Notes: generated by a model not told the origin, from the letters alone. DNA of 64,000 nt from Poseidonia sp. (GCA_049600935.1 JBMYQB010000005.1:1436-65435), one strand, 5' to 3'. Counted from the stretch's first letter, positions 35,661-45,906 are shown. Numbers and translations are program-made.

Positions 35661-38600
35661 TTGACGTCAAATGAGGATGCTTCAAATTCACCCTCCTCGG
35701 TGGAACTTGAGGCCGAATCCTTTGGAAATGAGCGCATTGCTGCCATTGCCGGAAAAAGTCGTCAAGTTCGCAATCAATTGGCTGACCAAATGAAAACCAT
35801 GGACTCAAAACGTGCCTTGGATGCAGTGCTTGATGCCCCAAAACGGTTCAAGCGTGAATGGCAAAAAACCGGCGCCACCGGCGCCATCACGAAGTTCCCA
35901 ATCCCAACCATTCTGGTATTTCTCCTGCTCACCGTTTACTTCGTCACCCAATCGGGTTTCCTCGACGGCACACAGTTTGATGACGACCCTGAAAACCCTG
36001 CGTTGAACGTGAACGGCGACTTGGAAGTTTACCTTCCAGACGGGAGTCGTGTTGCTGAACTGATCGGTAAGGTCGAGGAAGACTGGTCCACCAACGTGAT
36101 GGTCGTCTACATTGAATCCACGAAAAACAACATCACTGACCAACGAATCTTACAAGAAATCAGTTATGTTGAAAACATCCTCAACCCCTATCTCTCAGAT
36201 TCTTCTGATGACGTGATCTACATCCTATCGCTCTCCACGGTGTTGAAAGAGGTCAACTCCAGCGCCCCAAGGATTCGAGAAGCAGTCATCACTGAGGTTG
36301 GTGAATTGGGTTGCTCTAACAATCCTGAGGACGACTGCCCTTCCCGTGAACTGGCAACGGAAATGAATGAAGCCTTTGCGATAACCGACGACCAGTTTGG
36401 CGGTTCGTACGAAATTCCCAGTCAAACCACCATCGACCTTGTGATTGGTGAAATGTACACCGATGAGGGGGAACCCTCTGCAGGTATGAACAAGCTTGCA
36501 CGCGACATCGAGGGTGGAGAAGACGGTGGACCTGACGGACTGCTCGACCGTGCCATCATGGCCATCGCTGTCACCGAAGAGCGTCCTGCCAAGGACATTA
36601 TCGCAGATACGCAGGAGGTCCTCGACACCATTTCATCAATGGAACGAGCCTGTCTCTACGATGCAAACGGGGACCCTGTTGAATCCGAAGGCTTGTGCAC
36701 TTGGGAAGATTTGGGGCTCTCCATGGTCCTGACGGGCCCCGTCCCAATCACCAACGCAGTGACTGAATTTTCCTTCAAGTTGTTCTGGGATATTTTCCCA
36801 AAGGCCGTTGTCCTTGTGGCGATTGGATTGTTTGTTTTCCACTCAGACCTTCTGCAAGCTGGCTTAACCGGTATTCGGCCCCTTCAGGGCTTTAAGGTCG
36901 TGGTTATCGCAGGTTTGCCTACGCTCTGTGCTGTGTTTTGGACGTTAGGTCTCATCGGTGCGACCAATTACGAAGTTACAATGACCGTGATTATCGTAGG
37001 ACCTATTTTACTTGCATTGGGTGTGTCTTATGGGTTACACATCACGAATCGGTACGCTGAGGAAGAGGGAAGCAAAGATGAGAAAATGCGAGCGTCGTTG
37101 ACATCAACTGGACGGGCCGTCTTCCTCTCTGCGGTCACAACGGTCATCGGTTTCATTTCCCTCGTTTTCACTCCGATGGCGCCTATTCAAACGGTAGGTA
37201 TTGCACTTTCGGGAGGCATTGTCATCGTCTATTTCCTCACGATGTTCATGGTTCCAAATTTAACGCTGATTCTGGACCTAAAGAAACCAAAACATCCTCC
37301 CTTGAAGGCCTTCGATGTTCTCGTGGATGTTCCCGTAAAACGCAACAAGGGCGTTATTGGTGTGTTTGTATTGATGATCTTGCTCTCGGCCACCATCGGC
37401 CAAGCCAACGTTGAAGAGAACATTGACCTCTTGGGTATGGCTCCTGAGGGCGAGTCGCCTGTTGTCAAGATGAAGCAGTACAGTTCAGAGTTTGAAGCAG
37501 GCCAAGTCGGTATGGTCCTGGTAAACGCCAACGTAAGCGGGGACTTTAACGACGAGGACCTCTCGAACGACGACCCTGTTGAAATACTGCAGAAAATTGA
37601 CAACCTAGAGGCTTCCTTGAATACAGTGGAAAACACCACCGCCGTGTCCGTTGTGTTTCTCATGAAATCCTCTGGTGTGCAGGTCACCGTTTCCGGAGAA
37701 CAAGCCAATGAATTGTTCCAACTGATTCCTTGTGGCGGAAACGAACAATGTGAGGACGTAAAGACGACGGCCAATGTCCTGCTGAATCGAAGCCAATCTC
37801 TTGACGCTTCATTTTGGGACTTGCTCAACGACCCTGATGCATTTGGCCTGCCTGGTTCGCAACAGAGCCAGATTTTCCTCCTCGATGTGTTCTACGCTTC
37901 GTTGACGAAAGAGACTCGTGAAATTTTCGTGAGCGAAGATTTCAGTCGTTCTCTCATCTACGTCGATATGCCGTTTATCCCCGTAGCAGATACGGCAAAG
38001 AGCGTGGATTCGGTCAACGAGAAGGCTGCAACCTTCCAAGGGCGCTACGGCGAGAGTGCCGAGGAATTGACCGGTGTTGCGGCCACGGCGATTGAAGTCA
38101 ACGAACTCATTGTTGGCTCCCAGTGGACATCGCTCGGGTTTGCTATCATCCTCACGCTCATTACCCTCGCCATCGTGTTCAGAGACATCAGGTATTCCAT
38201 TTGGACCACCTCCCCCGTCATCGCAACCGTGGCGTTACAGTGGCTGGTAATGTGGCGAATGGACGTCCCACTCTCCTTGGTAACGGTCATGATTGGTTCA
38301 ATTCTTGTCGGCGTGGGTGTTGACTTCTCGATTCACATCGCGAATCGCATTCGAGAACTTGGCGGCGGCATCCAGGCCATTCGTAGCGCCGCCGTTGGTA
38401 CGGGCATGTCGTTGTTCGAAGCTGCCGTTGTTACGTCTCTTGGTATGTTCACCGCTTACGACATTCCCATCCCTGAAATCACGCCGTTTATCACCGTGAT
38501 TCTCATTCTCTTGTGGGTTGCGGCTGCAAGCGCCTTAATCCTCTTACCGGCGATCTTTATCACCCTCGAAAAAATGGGCATTGGAGCGGTGAGCGGCGGC

Positions 38601-38699
38601 AATAACATGGCGAAGAAACTCGGTTTAATTCGAAGGACATCGGCCTCCGAGGATGTCATGGAAGCCGCACTGATGGATGATGTCGTTGATGCTTGGTGA
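35661..38699 (+). CDS. RND-superfamily exporter (MMPL/HAE3-like, 2 x 6 TM with large extracytoplasmic loops)
   Basis: Two hydrophobic blocks, each ending in an SSD-like motif (GVSYGLHITNRY and GVGVDFSIHIANRI). The TTG start at 35661 is preceded by GAGGTGA with a 4-nt spacer. Confidence 0.8.
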   Translation: MTSNEDASNSPSSVELEAESFGNERIAAIAGKSRQVRNQLADQMKTMDSKRALDAVLDAPKRFKREWQKTGATGAITKFPIPTILVFLLLTVYFVTQSGFLDGTQFDDDPENPALNVNGDLEVYLPDGSRVAELIGKVEEDWSTNVMVVYIESTKNNITDQRILQEISYVENILNPYLSDSSDDVIYILSLSTVLKEVNSSAPRIREAVITEVGELGCSNNPEDDCPSRELATEMNEAFAITDDQFGGSYEIPSQTTIDLVIGEMYTDEGEPSAGMNKLARDIEGGEDGGPDGLLDRAIMAIAVTEERPAKDIIADTQEVLDTISSMERACLYDANGDPVESEGLCTWEDLGLSMVLTGPVPITNAVTEFSFKLFWDIFPKAVVLVAIGLFVFHSDLLQAGLTGIRPLQGFKVVVIAGLPTLCAVFWTLGLIGATNYEVTMTVIIVGPILLALGVSYGLHITNRYAEEEGSKDEKMRASLTSTGRAVFLSAVTTVIGFISLVFTPMAPIQTVGIALSGGIVIVYFLTMFMVPNLTLILDLKKPKHPPLKAFDVLVDVPVKRNKGVIGVFVLMILLSATIGQANVEENIDLLGMAPEGESPVVKMKQYSSEFEAGQVGMVLVNANVSGDFNDEDLSNDDPVEILQKIDNLEASLNTVENTTAVSVVFLMKSSGVQVTVSGEQANELFQLIPCGGNEQCEDVKTTANVLLNRSQSLDASFWDLLNDPDAFGLPGSQQSQIFLLDVFYASLTKETREIFVSEDFSRSLIYVDMPFIPVADTAKSVDSVNEKAATFQGRYGESAEELTGVAATAIEVNELIVGSQWTSLGFAIILTLITLAIVFRDIRYSIWTTSPVIATVALQWLVMWRMDVPLSLVTVMIGSILVGVGVDFSIHIANRIRELGGGIQAIRSAAVGTGMSLFEAAVVTSLGMFTAYDIPIPEITPFITVILILLWVAAASALILLPAIFITLEKMGIGAVSGGNNMAKKLGLIRRTSASEDVMEAALMDDVVDAW

Positions 38700-38737
38700 G
38701 CGAGGGGTCCATAGACCCCTTTGACTTCCCAATCATC

Positions 38738-39208
38738 ATGAACCACTGGCTGATGAAGTCCGAACTGGATGTTTATCCCTACAGTCAACTCGTTGAAGAC
38801 GGTTGGACCCATTGGGACGGTGTTCGCAATTATCAGGCGCGAAACATGATGAGAGACGCCATGAAGGTCGGTGATTTGGTGCTCTTCTATCATTCGAACA
38901 CCAAGCCACCGCATGTGGCAGGGGTGGCTCGTGTCATCAAGGAAGGATACGGAGATTTTACTTCGTGGGATGCTTCAAGCAACTACTTTGATGAGAAATC
39001 CACGGCGGAAAATCCCCGTTGGTTCATGGTTGACATCGAACCTGTGCTTGAAATGGATATGGTACCGCTTCAAGACATGAAAGACAATCCGAATTTGGAA
39101 GGTATGCCTCTGCTCCAACGTGGCCAACGCCTTTCGGTACAGCCTGTGTCTAAAGATCAGTTTGATGAAGTTCTTCGTATGGCTGGAGTCGATGGTTCAA
39201 CGATTTAA
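38738..39208 (+). CDS. EVE (PUA-like) domain protein
   Basis: HWLMKSE...YSQL...THWDGVRNYQARNMMRDAMKVGDLVLFYHSN...HVAGVARV...NPRWFMVDIEP is the EVE/Thy28-like pattern. ATG at 38738. Confidence 0.8.
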   Translation: MNHWLMKSELDVYPYSQLVEDGWTHWDGVRNYQARNMMRDAMKVGDLVLFYHSNTKPPHVAGVARVIKEGYGDFTSWDASSNYFDEKSTAENPRWFMVDIEPVLEMDMVPLQDMKDNPNLEGMPLLQRGQRLSVQPVSKDQFDEVLRMAGVDGSTI

Positions 39209-39220
39209 ACGAGGGATAGC

Positions 39221-40432
39221 ATGCCACAGCCCGTTCCAGTATCATCCCGTGCGGCCAACATTGAATACGCCATCCGCGACGTTGTTGTTCCCGCAACGGA
39301 ACTGGAAGCCGCTGGGCATGAAATCATTAAATTGAACATCGGCGATCCGATTGCTTACCCTGGTCTACCCACGCCACCTCATATGGTCGACGCCTATGTA
39401 GAGGCCTTGAAATCTGGGAAGAACGGCTATTCACCTTCGTACGGTCTGCCAGCCCTGCGTGAGGCCATCGCTGAAGATGAACAGCGGAAGGGGTGGAATG
39501 CTACCCCAGACGACATCTATGTTTGTCACGGAGTCACCGAGGCCCTGCAATTGATTTTCGCCGCAGTGCTTGAGGACGGTTCCAAGGTCCTTGCGCCCGG
39601 TCCACACTACCCACCCTACATGGCCTATCCACAAATGTACGGTGCGACCACCGTTGAATACCAACTTCACCAAAACGATGGATGGAAGCCCGATTTTAAC
39701 GACATTGCTTCAAAGATGGACGATGATGTTCGTTTGCTGGTTCTCATCAATCCAAACAATCCGTGCGGGTCTGTTTGTGGTGCCGACGATGTTGATGCTT
39801 TGCTCAACATCGCTCGAGCGTATCCGAATTGCATCGTCGTTGCGGATGAAATCTACGATGGGCTTGATTTCACAGGGCGTCAAGTCTCGGTCGCCAGTCG
39901 CAGCCCCGATGTACCTGTCATTGCGCTCAACGGTGTATCCAAGGTCTACTACGCCCCAGGCTGGCGAATTGGCTACATGGCTTTGCATGACCCCAACGGA
40001 CGCTTGACACTTGTCCGGGACGGTCTTGAACGCCTCCTTCGTTCTCGACTTTGCGCCTCTACACCTGCTCAGATGGGGTACTTGGCTGGATTGACCGGAG
40101 ACCGACACTGGATGGTTGGCTACGCCAACCGTGTGATGGAGCAGAGAAATCACTGCCTCAAGCGTATTGCAGAAATCGAGGGTCTTGAAGTTGAGCAACC
40201 TGGCGGCGCTTTTTACATGTTCATCCGACTCACCGATGACCAATGGGCGAAGGATGACAAGTCATTCGTACTGCAACTCCTTCACGAAGAACATGTTCTC
40301 TTGGTCCACGGAAGTGGATTTTCTCCGGAACTCGGCAAGGGACATGTCCGTTTGGTCTACTTGGCAGATGTAAATGTCCTTGATGATGCCTTTGACCGAA
40401 TTGAACGGTTCCTGAAGAAGCATCGTTCTTGA
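39221..40432 (+). CDS. PLP-dependent aminotransferase class I/II (alanine/aspartate aminotransferase-like)
   Basis: NIGDP, NPNNPCGSV, PLP-lysine region LNGVSKVYYAPGWRIGY, RLVY C-terminus. Confidence 0.85.
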   Translation: MPQPVPVSSRAANIEYAIRDVVVPATELEAAGHEIIKLNIGDPIAYPGLPTPPHMVDAYVEALKSGKNGYSPSYGLPALREAIAEDEQRKGWNATPDDIYVCHGVTEALQLIFAAVLEDGSKVLAPGPHYPPYMAYPQMYGATTVEYQLHQNDGWKPDFNDIASKMDDDVRLLVLINPNNPCGSVCGADDVDALLNIARAYPNCIVVADEIYDGLDFTGRQVSVASRSPDVPVIALNGVSKVYYAPGWRIGYMALHDPNGRLTLVRDGLERLLRSRLCASTPAQMGYLAGLTGDRHWMVGYANRVMEQRNHCLKRIAEIEGLEVEQPGGAFYMFIRLTDDQWAKDDKSFVLQLLHEEHVLLVHGSGFSPELGKGHVRLVYLADVNVLDDAFDRIERFLKKHRS

Positions 40433-40482
40433 GCGCCCGCGTCGTCGGAGAATTCATCAATCAAAACCAAGGCGTTCATCTC

Positions 40483-43479
40483 ATGAGCCGTTTGACAGGT
40501 GTGGGTGTTCTTGCGGCCATGGCCGTACTGACGCTACCCACGGCCTCGGCTGCAAACGTCTCAACAGCGTCCAACACCTCCATCGCATCGTTGACACCGC
40601 TCTTTCTTGCTCTTCTGATTGCTTTTTTCGTGCGAAGATGGTTTATTCCTCAGCAGCTTAAGAATCTCCAAGTGGCCTTTGAGATTGACGACGATCTCTA
40701 CGAGGTCCACAGAATCACTCGGACGTTGAGAGATTCACGCCGTTTACTGCGAGCAGGACGTGTTGGTTATGGTGTCCTGTTGTACATGATGGGCCTCACA
40801 GGAGTGCTTATTCTCATCGCAGAATTGCTGTTTGATGCAAATGTGTTTGCACAATTCAATCTCTACATCATTGCGACGCTCATCCTCATACCCGTCTTCA
40901 TGTCGCCATGGGAGACCCTGAACAGTCAACTTGCAGGTCGACAACGCGAGGTTCGCTCTTCTATCGGTGCCGACCTCATTCGCAGATTCTTTACCCTCGC
41001 TCTCTTGATCATCATCACCCTGCTCGTCATCGCTTACGGAGTCCAGGTTGAAGGTGCCCTCACACCAACTTGGCTCGCCTTTGCGATGTTGACCTTCATG
41101 GCACCGACCATCTTTGCCTATGGACGAATTATGGGTGCCTCTTGGAACATGCTTCTCATCAACAAATGGCGAACTACTCGAGGCCGTAAAAATCCGATTG
41201 ACCCGGATAAAAACGGGTTCATCGGCCGATTGTTTTCCTTCCTCCTGGTCCTGTTTTTGTTAACCATGCCCATCACTGCCCTGAACGGCATTTTGACCGT
41301 TCTCTACGTGATGCTCAATTCCCCGGATAATTATGCAGATGTGCTCAATTATGGAGGCATCATTGGATATTCCATTTTCCTTCGTATTGACCTGATTTCT
41401 GAAATATTGTTTCACTGGGAATTCATCAAGGCGCTGCCGCAATTTTTGTCCCTCTACTTGACGCTCAACATTGCCATTGTTGGTCTTGCCTTTATTTTTG
41501 AACTGACAAGAAACCTGATTCTGGGAGGGCAGTCCTTTGGTGGGATGTTTGGTGTCATTCTGGACACTCCACGCGAAATACGAGCAGAGAAAGCCGCACA
41601 AGCTCGTCAATTGACCTTTGCTTTTGCTGGTTTTTCTGGCTACACTGTTTTGTTGCTCATCCTCGTTTGCTACAAGGAATTCGGGGGCTTGATGCCATTC
41701 ACATCAACACTTGAGGCCAACGGGTTTGATGAAGGGATGCGACTTTTGACTGTTTGGTTATTTATCGCAGTCGGACAACTCGTTTTCCTCCTTACATGGC
41801 TCTTATCCATCAGTCGATTTGGCCACCTTCGCAAGTTGAGGTTTGACCTTAATCCAGACGAGCGTCGGGAAGGTGCCGTGCTGTTGGAGGGTGGAGACAA
41901 ACTCCAGAACTTGGTTGAAAACGCGGCCTACAACGAGGATTTGGACATGCTCATTCGAATCCAAACCCATGACTTCCCAGGTGATCAGGCACTCATCCGA
42001 CAAGAACAATCTCGTGCGGCCATGTGGGAGAAAGCCCTTCGCGGCCTTTGGCCCGAGGCCATTGAAGCGAGTCGCAAACTGCTCGCCCAAACGGGTGGTG
42101 ACAACGACGAAGCACGCATGATCATCGCCACGGGCTACATGGCCCTGCGCCGTTTGGATGCTGCCCGAGAAGCCCTCCACGGACTCCAGCAACCCGAGGG
42201 CTACGACGAACCGGAAATTCTCTCCTTCGTTTGTGAGTGGTTAGACCCATGGAATGGTTCGGTCACGGAAGACGACTTGTGGGACTGGGAAAACAACTCC
42301 ACCATTGATTATCTTCAGGTCCTTCAATCCATGATGCAAACATGGCAACCTCAGCCCAAAGAAATGATGGTTCACAACGACAAAATTTCGCTCACTGGGC
42401 AACTGACCATGGTTTCGCTGCTTCGAGCACAACGAAGGTACGACGAGGCCCTAGAACTCGCGCTCAGCCTTGTCCGTGCAGACCCAACAGGTGTTCGTCC
42501 AAGGATTGCCGTAGCACTTTCATTGCTCGATACCGGTCAATGGCACGACGCAAAAACGGTTCTTGATGAACTCATCAAAAGCGACAGCAAAGACCCGCGT
42601 GTGTTGGCGCTGGCTGTGATCTTTGGCTACGGTACAAAAGGCAAGGAACACATGGAAGTCTCGCTGATTCTTGATGAACAAAAAGAGACCAAAAAATGGA
42701 TGGATGCAGCCCCCGTTAATGCATACGCAGCCATTCTTCAGAAGGGGGGCGTTGACGAGGCCCTCAATGCAAACGCGATGTTGGTGGCGCACGAGGCTAC
42801 TCGGCGAGCTATGCCGCCTCGCTTTTCTCCGGGCATACTCTCCAGCATCTTCCAATACCTTGTCCTCATTCCAATGTGGTTTGTTCTTGGTATCCTCACG
42901 TATCAGGAAGTGGGAGAAACAGAAGGGCTGTCGTTGCTTGGAGGATTGCTGTTCATGCACTACTCCTACCGAAGATTCATGCGTCAACAAGAGCACCAAA
43001 TTCGCCACCGAGACCAGCGTGGTATGATCAAATACGCACGTCGTATGAAGCGGTTCAAAGCCGTCCCCTCTGCGAGTAACATACCGATTGGGAACCATCT
43101 CCTCCTCGGTGGTATTCTCGTGACGGTTAACGGTGTCGTACTTGACATTGGGTTCCCTGCTTGGCTCTTTGAAAGGTTGCCTAAAGAACCTGAAAAGAAG
43201 GTACGTCAACGAATGCGAAGGCGTGCTGTCGCCGTTGAAAAAGGTCGCACGCCCCGAGTATCACCCCTTGGTAAGGCGTGGTGGCTCAAGCGACCGAAAG
43301 AACATAACGAAAGCGGGCCGATGCTTGAACGGACGATTGGACCTGTGGCCTACCGTGGACGGACCAATTATACTCGCAAGAAGGAAGCCCATTCACTGAA
43401 CGATGCGGCTCAAGGAAAAGACACGCCCCTTCAGAAGCGATTCATCCCCCGGAACACCATTCGAAGTGAACGCTCCTGA
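40483..43479 (+). CDS. large polytopic membrane protein (about 1000 aa) with a central TPR-like soluble region and a basic C-terminus; hypothetical
   Basis: Signal-like MSRLTGVGVLAAMAVLTLPTASA. About 12 TM helices in the first half. Helical-repeat region (LRRLDAAREAL..., RRYDEALELALSLV..., GQWHDAKTVLDEL). Two more TM helices, then an R/K-rich tail. The ORF track begins at a TTG at 40429. Confidence 0.6.
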   Translation: MSRLTGVGVLAAMAVLTLPTASAANVSTASNTSIASLTPLFLALLIAFFVRRWFIPQQLKNLQVAFEIDDDLYEVHRITRTLRDSRRLLRAGRVGYGVLLYMMGLTGVLILIAELLFDANVFAQFNLYIIATLILIPVFMSPWETLNSQLAGRQREVRSSIGADLIRRFFTLALLIIITLLVIAYGVQVEGALTPTWLAFAMLTFMAPTIFAYGRIMGASWNMLLINKWRTTRGRKNPIDPDKNGFIGRLFSFLLVLFLLTMPITALNGILTVLYVMLNSPDNYADVLNYGGIIGYSIFLRIDLISEILFHWEFIKALPQFLSLYLTLNIAIVGLAFIFELTRNLILGGQSFGGMFGVILDTPREIRAEKAAQARQLTFAFAGFSGYTVLLLILVCYKEFGGLMPFTSTLEANGFDEGMRLLTVWLFIAVGQLVFLLTWLLSISRFGHLRKLRFDLNPDERREGAVLLEGGDKLQNLVENAAYNEDLDMLIRIQTHDFPGDQALIRQEQSRAAMWEKALRGLWPEAIEASRKLLAQTGGDNDEARMIIATGYMALRRLDAAREALHGLQQPEGYDEPEILSFVCEWLDPWNGSVTEDDLWDWENNSTIDYLQVLQSMMQTWQPQPKEMMVHNDKISLTGQLTMVSLLRAQRRYDEALELALSLVRADPTGVRPRIAVALSLLDTGQWHDAKTVLDELIKSDSKDPRVLALAVIFGYGTKGKEHMEVSLILDEQKETKKWMDAAPVNAYAAILQKGGVDEALNANAMLVAHEATRRAMPPRFSPGILSSIFQYLVLIPMWFVLGILTYQEVGETEGLSLLGGLLFMHYSYRRFMRQQEHQIRHRDQRGMIKYARRMKRFKAVPSASNIPIGNHLLLGGILVTVNGVVLDIGFPAWLFERLPKEPEKKVRQRMRRRAVAVEKGRTPRVSPLGKAWWLKRPKEHNESGPMLERTIGPVAYRGRTNYTRKKEAHSLNDAAQGKDTPLQKRFIPRNTIRSERS

Positions 43480-43537
43480 GGACGAGGTCAAATCTGATTG
43501 AACGAGGGTTCAAAGACTGCCAAAACAACCGTTCTCC

Positions 43538-44851
43538 ATGGCTAAGGTTTCAGGTGGCTGGAAAGCATCGGACGTCAATCAAGCGTTGGCAACAACCATT
43601 GTGAAGGCTGTTCAGGCCAGTGGTGAGTTGTATCGTAACGGTTTGGGAATGATCGCCTCAGAAAACATCGTTTCACCCGCCGTGAGAAACATTGTGGGAA
43701 GCGACCTCCACGGTCGGTATGCGGAAGGGCTCCCAGGGAAGCGGTATTATCAGGGGTGTGATGATTTCGACACCATCGAAGCGCTCGGTATCGAACTCGC
43801 ACAGGAGGTCTTCAAGGCCCCGTTTGCCAACATACAATCAACGTCAGGAACGGTCTCCAACATTGGTGCGCTCAAAGCCCTTGCAAAACCCGGTGATGAT
43901 ATCACGGCCGTTTCCACCGCTGATGGCGGCCACATTTCGCACGCTCGAATGGGTGCTGTGGGATTGCGAGACCTCAACCTTACCACCTACCCATGGAATG
44001 AAGAACGCATGGAGCCTGACATTGATGCTGCGTGTAAAACCATCCGCGAAGTCAAACCCAAAGTTGCGCTTTTCGGACAGTCTGTGTTTTTGTTTCCCAC
44101 TCCATTGAAGGAAATGGCTAACGCAGCGAAAGAAGTAGGAGCATCGGTGATGTACGACGGTGCACATGTGCTTGGCCTCATTGCGGGAGGTCAATTCCAA
44201 GACCCACTCCGAGAGGGTGCCGACATCATGACCGGTTCAAGCCACAAAACCTTCCCGGGTCCACAAGGCGGTTTCCTGCTTTCGTCCTCGGAAGATTCCG
44301 GTTTTAACCGCCGATTGAACACAGCCATGTTTCCTGGTGTCTGTTCCTCCTACCATCTGCATCACGTCGCGGGGAAAGTCATGGCCCTTGCTGAATTCAA
44401 AGAATACGGAGAAGCCTATGCACGGGACACGGTAGCGAACGCAAAAGCGTTCGCAGCGGCCTTGGCAAGTGAAGGATTTGATGTGTTGGCCGAGAGCCGA
44501 GGTTATACCGCATCTCACCAGGTGTTGACTCGCCACGGTGAACTTGATTCTGGTGCCGGAGCAAAAGCTGCGAAGAAACTCGAGGACGCCGGCATCATCA
44601 CCAACATGAACATGTTACCCGGCGACACCAAAGCACTCTCCCCCTCAGGATTGCGACTGGGTGTACAAGAGTTAACCAGGGTTGGATTTTCTCAAGATGA
44701 AATGGCCGATGTCGCCAAGCTCTACGCAAGAGTGCTGTTGCACGGAGAGGAGCCTTCGGCTGTTCGAGAAGATGTTCATGCACTCAAATCAAGGCACCAA
44801 ATCATCCGTTATTGCTTCAATGAGGATGAGCGATCTGGATATCCTGAATAG
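43538..44851 (+). CDS. glyA: serine hydroxymethyltransferase
   Basis: MIASENIVSPAV, RYYQGC, PLP-lysine TGSSHKTFPGPQGG. Confidence 0.93.
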   Translation: MAKVSGGWKASDVNQALATTIVKAVQASGELYRNGLGMIASENIVSPAVRNIVGSDLHGRYAEGLPGKRYYQGCDDFDTIEALGIELAQEVFKAPFANIQSTSGTVSNIGALKALAKPGDDITAVSTADGGHISHARMGAVGLRDLNLTTYPWNEERMEPDIDAACKTIREVKPKVALFGQSVFLFPTPLKEMANAAKEVGASVMYDGAHVLGLIAGGQFQDPLREGADIMTGSSHKTFPGPQGGFLLSSSEDSGFNRRLNTAMFPGVCSSYHLHHVAGKVMALAEFKEYGEAYARDTVANAKAFAAALASEGFDVLAESRGYTASHQVLTRHGELDSGAGAKAAKKLEDAGIITNMNMLPGDTKALSPSGLRLGVQELTRVGFSQDEMADVAKLYARVLLHGEEPSAVREDVHALKSRHQIIRYCFNEDERSGYPE

Positions 44852-44862
44852 GTGGGCCGCCG

Positions 44863-45906
44863 ATGGTAGTGTCAGCATCGGGCATTCACGATGACTTCAC
44901 TTTTGGAGAGAATGGGTATTTTTTTGACGACTTGGGCCAACCTTGCGTGCTGTTGGGGGTGGTTGAATTTTCCACGTTTTGCCATCACTTGGATTCATTG
45001 TACTCTTCTCCCCTTGGAAGGAAATTGATTTACGCAGCAACCGATGCTGAAGAGCGCATTCTTCGACAGTCAAACCTCCAGTTTGGCCGATGGTTTGGAA
45101 AGCGCAACGTGACGAAAAAACTCGGACTGAGGGCGTCTTTGATGGGTTGGGGAGATTTCACCAAGGGCCACATCGTGAACCCGGCCCATGATGGACTCAC
45201 CGTAGGGTTCGCACTTGCTCACCATGAACACCTTACGAGACAAAGGGCCAACGTCGACTGGAAGCAGATGAGTCCTGAACTGATTCGTTTGGTGTTTGAA
45301 CCAAAAGACGACATGATGGACTCACCTTTAGCGCCAGACACGACACGTTGGTTCGGAGTTGGTCCTTCTTCGGTCGTTTCAGAATCGTTAGAACTTGACC
45401 TTGACATACGTCATTCAATGTTTTTCAATGGCGATGAGCGGTCGTTTTTCATCCCGGTTCACATGTTTTATCACCTTCTGCAGAGCCTTCTTGGCCGGCC
45501 GATTGCAGGTGATCATAGCAGCACATTCCCATTCACGACCTCCGATGAGATGATTCATGTGGACGCCTTGAATTGCGTCGTTCAGTCTGCATGCGCTGCC
45601 TTTGAAGCGAGCGAACGGGCGGTCTATCTTCAGTCTCGAGCCGATTGGGACGGCCACTTACGGGAGCGATTCATAGAACGTGGACTTGGCAACATCACGG
45701 TTGAAGAAAGTCTCCTTGATGGTGCGAAAGCCTCCATTTTTACGGTCCGTTCTCCCATCGCTCCCTTTGCATGTGGTTTGCTCGTCGGTATGTGGCAGCG
45801 TGCACACGGCGACCGACCTGTGGTGCACATTGAGGAAGGCGACGATTTCTTACGAATTTACTTGGCTCCTCCGCAGGTAAATTACGTTGCAGAATCGCAG
45901 GAATGA
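44863..45906 (+). CDS. hypothetical protein (347 aa), possibly a tandem V4R-like (4-vinyl reductase-type) ligand-binding fold
   Basis: The two halves begin similarly (FGENGYFFDDLGQPCVLLGVVEF and MFFNGDERSFFIPVHMFYHLL). The C-terminal PFACGLLVGMWQRAHG resembles the V4R Cys-Gly motif. Weak evidence. Confidence 0.45.
   Translation: MVVSASGIHDDFTFGENGYFFDDLGQPCVLLGVVEFSTFCHHLDSLYSSPLGRKLIYAATDAEERILRQSNLQFGRWFGKRNVTKKLGLRASLMGWGDFTKGHIVNPAHDGLTVGFALAHHEHLTRQRANVDWKQMSPELIRLVFEPKDDMMDSPLAPDTTRWFGVGPSSVVSESLELDLDIRHSMFFNGDERSFFIPVHMFYHLLQSLLGRPIAGDHSSTFPFTTSDEMIHVDALNCVVQSACAAFEASERAVYLQSRADWDGHLRERFIERGLGNITVEESLLDGAKASIFTVRSPIAPFACGLLVGMWQRAHGDRPVVHIEEGDDFLRIYLAPPQVNYVAESQE

Noticed and set aside
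42520-43209. 229-aa minus-strand ORF
   Set aside because: It is embedded antisense in the 3-kb membrane/TPR gene, with no motif or start context.
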